Shown here: positions 53,384 to 64,000 of the stretch, piece by piece | Layout: the number at the start of each line of letters is the position of its first letter | Numbering within the stretch: position 1 is the stretch's first letter | Assembly: GCF_009914755.1 (NCBI RefSeq) | Contig: NC_060942.1 | Direction: 5' to 3' (one strand) | From: the human T2T-CHM13v2.0 reference genome, Homo sapiens | DNA length: 64,000 nt | Made by a program: the position numbers and the translations under genes | Notes under the pieces: generated by a model | Told to the model about the DNA's origin: nothing | The model's input: only the letters and a program-made list of their open reading frames with translations | Database searches by the model: none

Positions 53384-56300
53384 GGTAAGGGGCAGGAACA
53401 GGAGCCTCAAAAATGCAGCACACCAGGGTTAAAACTGAAAGAAAAAGTGGACTATAGAAAAGCCCTAAATTTTAAGCAGTTGCCGATAGATTTTCGCTGT
53501 GGCAGGAAGAAGCAGACAGTGCACTTCACATTCACAGGGAGAGAGAAGGCGCCTTCAGTAGGAAACTCCGTCCGCTAGACCAGGGTTTTGCAAGACAGTG
53601 TCATCAGAACTTGCTATTCATGCCTGAATCCACATAACTGTGTTTAGACGATACGTAGATTATTCCAGAATCGTATGTGTGTGTGCGTGTGTGCATGCTG
53701 TGTCAACGTATCTTCTTAATAACCTTATCAAGTACCAGGCGCTAAGACAACCCTTTCGGTATCACTAAGAAGCATCTCCTGACAGCTTTGCTCAGCACCC
53801 ATCTCCCTGTGATCCTGTTTCCTTACAATTTCAGTTGTTAAAATAAGAAAAAATGTCTGATCCTTTTCATGGTTTTAAGTTAACTAAACTAATTTATATA
53901 GTCAAGTTTTTTTAAGTTTTAACATATTTTGATTCCATGTGATTGATTTCTAGAACTTTGATCCAACTAAGCAGTATTCAATTTTAATTTTTATCTATCT
54001 AAATTTGGAAATTTCCTTATTTGTTTGATGATTTCAATTGTTGTTACAAATAACAAAATTAATATAACAGTCATAGGGGTAATATAATCCATCATTTTCT
54101 TATGTATTTTAATATGGAAGATTAGAATGGAAATTATGTAGCTATATAGAGCACATTTCATATATATGTATGACTGGCTAGAAATTAAATTAATTGGGTA
54201 TTTTATAAATTCTAAAATTATATGTACATCGTTTTAATGCTATACATTAGAGTTGAAAGTGTAAAACTCTCTAACAATTACAATATTTTTTATTATTTTA
54301 GCTAAAAAGAAATGCCAACAGGCTGCTATTTCAGCTGTCTCTTTGTTCGGTACTGTCCAAATGAATTCCCAATAAAATAAGATTGCTTTTAACAATTCCA
54401 ACTTGTCTAAGAAGATTGAACTGGGAGATTTTACCTCTTCATCAACACAGGCACATTTTCTCTGTGGGCCATCCAGACACACATACAAAAACAAACTTGT
54501 AATGAGCGGGTACTTTACCAAGCCCTTTCTCCATCCTTCATTAAACGACAGAAAATTGCTCTTTGCTGGGTTTGTCAATGCAGCTTTCCCTCCCAGAAAC
54601 CCATTTGTTTCACAGGCTAGCACCGAATATTGCAGGGATTTGCAGATTTTAAGTGACAAATTGTGCCTAAGTTTACATTGCTCTCGGAGTTGTGGTTTGT
54701 TTTGGCTTGTTGGGGTTTTGTTTGCATGATTTTTAAGGAGCTGGGACCTCATGACAGAGGGTGGCCCTGTGTCTCTCCCCCACTCTGCAGACTCTGGTGT
54801 GTCATGAAGACAGGGGCTTTGCTGTGTGATCTTTTCCCTCTGGATAAGGGTGTTTAAATGGCTCTGTTCTCTGAAAACAATCTCTATACAAGGTGTGATA
54901 TATGTGGCTAGTTTAGAGTAAAAGCACAAACAAAATGGGAAAAGTGTTCTTTCATTGCATTCCTTCTGTTCTTCATTAAATCTTATTGAATTTGTCATCT
55001 TTTTTTAATTGCACTTGCACGTAATGGTGGTGAAAAGGTTTCATTTTCTTTTTTTTAATGAGTTAAAAACTTAACCATTTTACACCTTCTGCAAGAATAG
55101 CTCTTTTTGAGCATTTCAGACCAAAAAATCCCACAAATAACAGCAACGACGTAGCTTTGCCAGGCAACACTTTGCCGTGTAGGATTATAATCGATGTAAA
55201 TCATTGAGCTTTGCTGCTTCGTAACATCAAGGGTGTCATGTGTGGGGCTGTGGCTTGTTGGAGTGATCATTATTTATTCATACCAAAAGATCAGCCAAAC
55301 ACTGTAATGCTGGAAATTCTATTGTAAAGGTGAGTGAATAGATGCAATGTTAAGTGTACTTGGTGGGGTTAAAGTGGACAGAAGATGATAGCTTTCAATA
55401 AAGACGTAGCGGAGCTCAATTGCAACATTTACATATGCTGTGAGTTGCCAACCAAATAAATGGAGACGGGCTTTGGACCGAGCCTGGAGCAGCCCATGCC
55501 CTTTAATTGCCATTTACATTGCAGAGAATCATTAATTTCTAATTCACCTATTATTCACTCTCCTTAGTATGCTATGTCGATGTCTGTATGGGGGCAATGA
55601 AATAAATGTGGTTTCCACCTTGCTTTAGCTACTTACATTTTGTGACTTTTTTGGATGATTTTTTTTGACCTGAAAATGAGTGGAAAAGACTACTTTCCAC
55701 TCATAGCAAGTTTAGGGCTCTTGTTTAGATATGATTTATGATGCTACATTAACCCTTCATTGACCTAGAAATGCCCTAATATTAAAACGTTTGACACATA
55801 GAAAATCAAAAGCCGTTTTATTGAAAGTGCTACTGTCCGCATCATAAGTTTCCTCAATGCGATGCCACAGTTACACCATCAATTTCCAGCTACTATTGAG
55901 CACTGTATTGAAAATCGAATGGACAGAATCCTTTGTCATTTCTGTCCCAGTGACCAGCAAATAGCTCAGAGAAAGCCTCTCCCTCCACATCACTTCAGGC
56001 ATTTCTGCAAGGCACATCCAAGGTAACACATTAGCGTTTATTTGAGGGTGTGAGGATGAATTGCAGAGGGTCCTTTTGTTTACTGAGGCTTATGCAAAGT
56101 TGTGACTTTGTTCTTCCTAATTTCTTACCAGGGAGTTCATTTAAATGAAACGGGATGAGGGGTGGATACTTCTTTTATTACATAAGAATGTTTACCAACT
56201 TCAGGGCAGAAGGTATGAAGTTTCAAGAGGAAGTGTGATTTAAATAGAGCTAACATTTTACTCAATGATGTTATGAAAATTGAATTGGAAAGGGCATATT

Positions 56301-57156
56301 TGTGGATGGGTAATGTTCATCTAGTAAGTACCAGCATGAATCTCCTTGGTCTTAAAGTAGCGAATGAATCATGGATGCTGGAGGCTCTCCCTACGCACCA
56401 TCCCTTGAAGGAGAGAAGCTTCCGTGGTCTCAACCCCGGGCAGTGTCCTGAACTAGTGCAGAGTAACTGGAAAACAAGTTTCCCTGAACACAGTGAATGG
56501 GAGTTGGCACGGGGTTCTGCTCTGAGTAAGAAATCAGGGGAAGAGGGATTGTCCCCACAGTCAGGAGTATCCAATTTAAGCAAATCATCTGCACAAGGAA
56601 GAGGAGTGGGCTTAATGAACATTCAGCACACATTTGACCAAAAAAAAAAAAAAACAAAAAAAACACTGTCCGTGGATGGAAGTCCAGAAAATACTACACT
56701 CCCCATGACGAAAAGCTCTGGCTGTGTGACAAGGCCTGTGTGGAAACCCAGCTCCCTGAGGTGCACGGTGCTGTGGCAGGGCCCTGCAGGGCCAGCCTCA
56801 TGCATCTCTGCTTCCCACCGGCTTCCACAAACATAAAGCCCTGTTTGTATTTGATTGGCCATGGATAACATGCAAATGCAGGGGTGAAAGAGCACTTTAA
56901 GACCTCAGGCATGAAATTTAAAATTGAATCCTGTCAAATCATAGGAACTCAAGTGTAATTCTCATTGTGTGGATGACAGCAGGCTAATTAGTAATACCAG
57001 TGAGCGTCCCCCTTCACCTTTAGGGTCACAAGCCAATGTACTTCCCTTGTTTATTAGCGTAACACAAAGGGTCATTATGGTAATCCCACCCCTCCATGGG
57101 GTCTGGGTTTTTTTTTTTTTTTTGGTCTCACTTTGATTCTGGGTAATAAAACTTTG

Positions 57157-57332
57157 TGAGTAAATGTATTAATGTAGTACATTTACATTTATAAATGTAT
57201 TAATGTAGTACATTTACGTTTATAAATGTATTAATGTAGTACATTTATGTTTATAAATGTATTAATGTAATACCTAAATGTATTAATGTAATACATTAAT
57301 GTAAAATTTTTTGAGTAAATGTAATAATGTGG
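57157..57332. repeat. AT-rich ~32-bp tandem repeat with internal inverted repeats
   Basis: TAAATGTATTAATGTAGTACATTTAC(A/G)TTT(T)A x3 plus partial copies. Confidence 0.9.
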
Positions 57333-59914
57333 TTTTGACAATCTGGTAATTAGTATTTATACTGCTTTTGAAAGTATTTGTACATGAAAATTGCTAACAT
57401 GGTACTTTACCAAATACTGCTGATTGCCTTTCTTGCTTCTCTTATGTAGAAGAGAGAAGGTAAGAGGGAGGTAGAAAGAGCAGACAGGATCCCGGGCACT
57501 CTTTGTTTACCAATTATGGTTTCTGTTCAGAAATTAAACTCTCCAAGTATAATTACTTCCCTGTATATCTTCTGGCTAAACTTATCCTTTTTTTCCGTAC
57601 TGTACTAAACTGCTTCAGCTATTTTATAAAAGCTAAGTATTTCACTAAGCTCTTGCAATATTGAAAGAATCTATATTCTGAGAATTTGAAAACATGTCAG
57701 CCCACCTAAATTACATATTGATCAGGTTTAATTGCATGCCACCCATCAGTATTAGGTTTGAAAATTCATAAAAGAGAAATAATGTACTCTTTGTGGATGA
57801 TTACTTCTGGGGCATTTAAATGAATTCCATCACTTAACCTGGGCTGAGACAGATTATTGAGCCCTGCCATCTAAGCGTTCAAAGACCAGTGCAGTCGAAC
57901 AACTGTTTTCAACTATCGTAGAACAGCAGAGTGCAAACAATATAAATTTATATAGATTTTCTTTTAAGGAAAATAGCAAAGTAAAACATTAAAAGTAAAC
58001 ATTCATTTTTCAATTGCTTCCTGAATTACCCTGCTCATTGTCTCCTTACATCAGCCTGCATTTTTCATTCTTTTTGGATTCCAGGCATCCTTTTATTTCA
58101 AGTAGTAATTCACATCTTAATTAATATACAGTAATCAAAGAGACAAGCAAAGATAAATGATTCACAGCTTAGTTTTATTTGTTAAGGTTAATTTTTTATG
58201 CCAGTGCATAAAAGGGTTTTAATGCTGATTCTTCAGGGGACAAACCATTTAATTTTCATAAAAAACTCCGAAGTTTTGCATTGTCTGTGGTGAATACTCT
58301 TTCAAAGCTTTCTTCTCACGAAGGTCACACCACCTAAGAAAATGAGTTCATCATTAGTTTTCAGGATGCTCTTTACATTTAGAAATTATGTTTGCTGGTA
58401 TTGGTTGTGTTTTGAGAAATTGTGCTTATGTATGTTTTTCTTTACAGATTATCAATACAAAGTAAAAAGAGCCAGTTAAAATCATTGGGCTTACTTGGAT
58501 AATAGTTTAAGAGCTACATTTTATTTAGACACTTTGAGGTAATAAATATCTGTGAGCATAATTAACTGTCTTTATCTAGGTCTAGTCCTGCAGATGCTGC
58601 TTTAGGACCTTCCGTTTTGTCTTTTATTAATGTTAACGTTGAGTTTAGCCTGGGAAATTATCTGGGTCTGTGAGGTATGCCAGAAGGACTTGTTTTTAAA
58701 TAGTGGATTATTATATATGTAGCCACCTAACAGATGCATCCCTTTGTCTTCTCCTTGGCACAAACAAAGCATCATGTTTTATTCCTTATGAAGCAAAGGT
58801 AACACTGGCCAAATGAACTCTCTGACAGATCTGACTTCATTGTTTATTTGACTGAAATCACAGCGTGGGAGGTAGAAAATGACTGTTTACAGGGGCCAAG
58901 GGGCATGGTTGTATCTTGAGTCCTTACTAAGGTCACAATTGCATCAGGATCCTCTAAGAGAACCTGCTGTCTACTCTAAGACAACTCAGAAAGCACATCT
59001 CAGTGTTTCTGCCTCTTGGCTGATGGCAAATGCTGGTTCTAAAGCATGGGAAGAAGGATCGCCTGTACTTAGCATCCAATACTGTGAACCATATCGGTAT
59101 AGGGGTGTGTGTTGATGTTGTTGTTTTGCTACATTCTTAATAAGAAAATGAGGGGAAGAGAGACATAAATGCCACACCACGATTCTCCTGTGGGAGGCCA
59201 GCTTGCCAGACTTCCCACACATGGAGCCAGGTGACCATGCACTCAGATCAACTAAAGTTATTGGAATGTCCTCAACATTGTATGAGAGGAAGGTGGCTTT
59301 ACTTTGCTAATCTACTACCTATTAGCTAATTAGTTATGCTGTACAAGAACACATTTACTTAAATCATCCACTGGGCAAATAACTTTTTTCCAAGACTCTA
59401 CTGAAAAACAAGAAAAAATGGTATACCCAGGGAACACTTGGAACTCTCTTTTTTTAGGACCCATGAAATTCTTCTCTGGTAGGTTGTCATTATGAGTCAA
59501 GGAAGAATTGATTTTACTTTTGGCTATTCCAACACAAAGCACAAAACAAAGTATTCATGAAAAGAAATTATCTTAGATCATAACTAGTTATAGGGTGAGG
59601 GATGTCAGGTGGAGGAAGAGGAAACTCTCTTAATAATAAAAAGAGAGTGAGAACTGAAAATGCACAAAATAAAACATATGCAAAGACGTGAATCAGGATG
59701 GCCCTTAAAGAATTCATGCTACATATGAATTATATTTACATAAAGTGGAAATATGTTATAAAGGACTTTGATTGTTCTTTAAATTGTTGGTGGCCCAGGC
59801 AAGGTGAGATACAAATGAATGAAGAGTAAACAATGCTCAGTTGCTCATTGGGTTGAAGGTTATTCAAAATCTGAGTCCACTGGATGAAAACCATGCATTA
59901 AACCATTCTTGTTA

Positions 59915-61443
59915 CTGTGGTGGTGGTGGTGGGTGATGGTGGTGATGGCATTGGTGTTGATATTGGTGGTGGTGATTGTATTAGTGGTGGTGGTGTTGGT
60001 ATTGGTAGTGGTGGTGGTAATGGTAGTGGTGGTGATAGTGATGATGATGGTGGTGATGGTGTTGCTAGTGGTAATGGCAGTGATAATGATGCTGGTGGTG
60101 GTGATGGTGGTGATGGTAGTGATGATGATGGTGGTGATGGTGTTAGTGTTGGTAGTGGGAATGGTAGTGATGGTGGTGGTGGTGGCGATGGTGCTGGTGG
60201 TGATGAGAATGGTTGTGTTGGTGGTGGCAGTAGTGATGGTGATGACTGTAGTGGTGATGGTGGTGGTGATAGTGATGGTGGTGGTGGTGGTGGTGATGGT
60301 GGTGATGGTGGTGATGGTGATAGTGGTGGTGATAGTGGTGGTAGTGACAGTGGTAGTGATGGTGGCAGTAGTGATGGTGATGATGGTGTTGGTGATGGTG
60401 GTGGTGATGGTGGTGATGATGGTGATGGTGATAGTGGTGGTGATGGTGGTGGTAGTGACAGTGGTAGTGATGGTGGCAGTAGTGATGGTGATGATGGTGT
60501 TGGTGATGGTGGTGGTGGTGGTGATGATGGTGATGGTGATGATGATGGTGGTGGTGGTGAGGATGGTGATAGTGAGGATGATGGTGGTGGTGGTGATGGT
60601 GGTGGTGATAGTGATGATGGTGTTGGTGATGGTGATGGTGATGATGTTGATTGTGATGGTGGTGGTGGTGATAGTGATATGGTGATGGTGGTGGTGAAGG
60701 TGATGGTGATGGTGGTGGTGGTGGTGGTGAGGATGGTGATAGTGAGGATGATGGTGGTGGTGGTGGTGATGGTGGTGGTGGAGGTGGTGATAGTGATGAT
60801 GGTGTTGGTGATGGTGATGGTGATGATGGTGATGATGTTGACTGTGATGGTGGTGGTGGTGATGGTGATATGGTGATGGTGGTGGTGATGGTGATGATGG
60901 TGATGGTGATGATGTTGACTGTGATGGTGGTGGTGGTGATGGTGATATGGTGATGGTGGTGGTGATGGTGATGATGGTGATGGTGATGGTGGTGATGTTG
61001 ACTGTGATGGTGGTGGTGGTGATGGTGATATGGTGATGGTGGTGGTGATGGTGATGGTGGTGATGGTGATGGTGATGGTGGTGGTGGTGGTGATGGTGGT
61101 GGTAGTGGTGATGGTGGTGATGGTGTTGGTGGTGGTGGTGGTGATGGTGGTGGTAGTGGTGATGGTGGTGATGGTGTTGGTGATGGTGGTGGTAGTGATG
61201 ATGGTGGTGATGATGGTGATGATGATGTTGATTGTGATGGTGGTGGTGATGGTGGTGATGTGATGATGGTGGTGGTGGTGATGGTGGTGGTAGTGATGAT
61301 GGTGATGGTGATGATGATTGTGATGGTGGTGGTGATGGTGGTGATGTCATGATGTTGGTGGTGATGGTGATGGTGATGATGGTGGTGGTGATGGTGATGG
61401 TGATGATGGTGGTGATGGTGGTAGTGATGGTGGTAATAGTGAT
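59915..61443 (+). repeat. ~1.5-kb degenerate (TGG/TGA)n trinucleotide array
   Basis: ggtggtgatggtgatg throughout; source of the poly-His/Thr, poly-Val/Met and poly-Gly/Asp ORFs. Confidence 0.97.
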
Positions 61444-61714
61444 TCTGAACTGCCTCTTAGGGGCTTAGGGGAAAGCAATGTGCAGAGTTGAAGTCACCTC
61501 AGCAGGGTGCCTGGAGATGAGACCAGTAGAAATACAGAAGTGATAAACAGAGCCTCAGGGGAAGGTTCTCCACGTAAGTAGAATGACCAATCTCCAAAAG
61601 AATTCATTGGCATTGAAACAGATTCTAACTGTTCAGAATTTTCTAAACGTTTCTCAAAAATGAAAATTCTCCCACTTGGGAAGGCAGCAGAGAAGAGGAG
61701 AAACAGCATGCACT

Positions 61715-61915
61715 CTGATGCATGAAAGCCAGGCATCCAAAACCTGGCTCTCACTAACTGTGTGAGCCTGGCCAGTTTTCTTAGTTTCTCCAATGTCATG
61801 CTCTTCATCTGTAAAACAATAATCTTAATAGTTTGGCCAAGTTTATTATTTAGCTTAAAATGGATAATATATGTAAATTGCGTTGTCTAGCATTGGTGCG
61901 TATTAGGCACTTTGT
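61715..61915 (+). mobile_element. MIR SINE
   Basis: 'cctggctctcactaactgtgtgagcctggccagttttcttagtttctc...ctcttcatctgtaaaacaa...taaaatggataatatatgtaaa'. Confidence 0.75.
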
Positions 61916-62534
61916 AAAAATTTCCTTTCTCACCATCTAATCAATCAGTTATGAGATGTATTACAGAACCTAGACTGGAGGCGGATTATAGAAGGAGTTG
62001 GTTTTCCAGTTGCCTATAAATCTATAAAAAAAATTAAGAAGTCCGAATTGTGAAAATAGGGTGGGGGAACGGGGGAATCAAGACTAAGGGAAGCTCATGC
62101 TCTTTGAACATCCCATTTCCTTTTGCCTCTGGGGAAAATTTATGTCACTTTCTGCTTTACAACTCTTTGCCACCCTCAGAATCTAATCAAATCCAAGAAC
62201 TTTCTGTGTAAAAAGCAGCTCGTCTAATGACGAAATTAAGGACCTTTACTTAGTTATACCAATGTCACATTGGAAAATAATATTTGAGACAATGAGAGGA
62301 ACATGGTGGGCAAATTATTAAACGATTGTGAAATTTCTCTTGGCTTGATTTTAAATTCTAAAATATAAGAAACAATATTCTTAGGCAGTTTGTGCAGTTA
62401 TTTGAGGATATTTTATATAATGTACCACTTAAGTAATGTTTTTCATATATACTGTGTCCATTGTATTTGTATTAATGGCTTATTTGTTTGTAAGTGAGGG
62501 AGGCCTAAATCAAATTAGCTTTCAAGAAAGATAC

Positions 62535-62838
<304 letters not shown>

Positions 62839-63098
62839 TCAAGAAAGACACTTTTATTAAGGCAAGTGCCCAAACTGCAACTTTCAGAAGGGAGCAGAAA
62901 TGCCTGCCTGTAAAGAACTGAATATTTCCATCTTCTATCGTTTCTGGGGTTTTGAATTGGAGAATAGTGGAATAGGAACCCAGATTTTCCCAACCTGTGT
63001 TATCTTTCCTTTTGGTTGAGGATGGTAAAAGATATTATGGTTTGGACAAGTATCCCCAGGCAAACTGCATGGTTGGAGTGGGGAGAGAGGAGTTTTAA

Positions 63099-63438
<340 letters not shown>

Positions 63439-64000
63439 AAAAACTATGTTTTAACCGTAAGTTATTTCATTCTCTTTCACAAAAGCCACCAAGCCAAATA
63501 TTGTATAGTTACTATAAATTAAAATATTAAATTATGATAAGGCTATAAAAGAAGATTCAGCATGTATTTAGGATTTTGTAATAGAACCTGAAGAAATCTG
63601 ACCAAATATTTAAGATTCAGGGAAATACTCAAATTCGTTTCAGCACCATCCATCATTTATTCTCGGTGCTCTACTCTTATCCTTGAAGTTCTTGGTGCTG
63701 TGAAGTTTTGCAGTAACAATCCTCTCTATCTGGCAGATAAATCAATAACAAATAACTTATTCCTTAGTACCTGAGAAGCAAAGCCTACCAAAGTCCTAAT
63801 TTGATTTCTGGTGTACCAAATTAAAGTGTGTCCACAATAAACCAGCCTCAACTGTTCTCTCATGAATTCCGAAGTGGCTGAGGCCTTCAGGATACTGTAA
63901 ATATCTCTCTTCTTGAGTGACTTTCTTGGATAAATGTCGTTCATGTCTCCAACCAGCCACAACCACAGGCTATGGACCTCTTACCACTGCTTTATTGCAT

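Noticed and set aside
54240-54998. 252-aa non-repetitive ORF on the minus strand
   Set aside because: No recognisable domain, composition typical of translated non-coding DNA, no evident exon structure. BLASTP, PhyloCSF and Ribo-seq would settle it.
59860-61350. 496-aa poly-His/Thr ORF and overlapping Val/Met and Gly/Asp ORFs
   Set aside because: Direct translation of the (TGG/TGA)n array; open in several frames on both strands with no non-repetitive domain.

Overview
This window is primate (human-like) non-coding genomic DNA. I found no credible protein-coding exon, RNA gene, CRISPR array or prokaryote-type system. The longest ORFs in the supplied track arise from tandem or low-complexity repeats, and the others look like chance open frames. 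The sequence is a mosaic of Alu (J/S/Y), L1 3' ends, L2/MIR fragments, MaLR and ERV solo LTRs (MLT1, THE1), DNA-transposon relics (MER2, MER20-like) and an unusually dense set of minisatellites. That density, plus patches of retained CpG, suggests a distal/subtelomeric intergenic or intronic region (inference). The best leads are: (i) a ~530-bp element with ~75-bp terminal inverted repeats and a possible frameshifted Cys-rich remnant, hit at its left tip by a 5'-truncated AluY with a perfect 14-bp TSD; (ii) several VNTRs visibly born from TE sequence, and others with higher-order periodicity; (iii) two short dispersed duplications in unique sequence; (iv) repeat-free blocks rich in homeodomain/SOX/MEIS-type motifs that may be developmental enhancers. 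I do not see evidence for a novel biological system. Repeat subfamily calls are from remembered consensus sequences and need RepeatMasker/Dfam confirmation.
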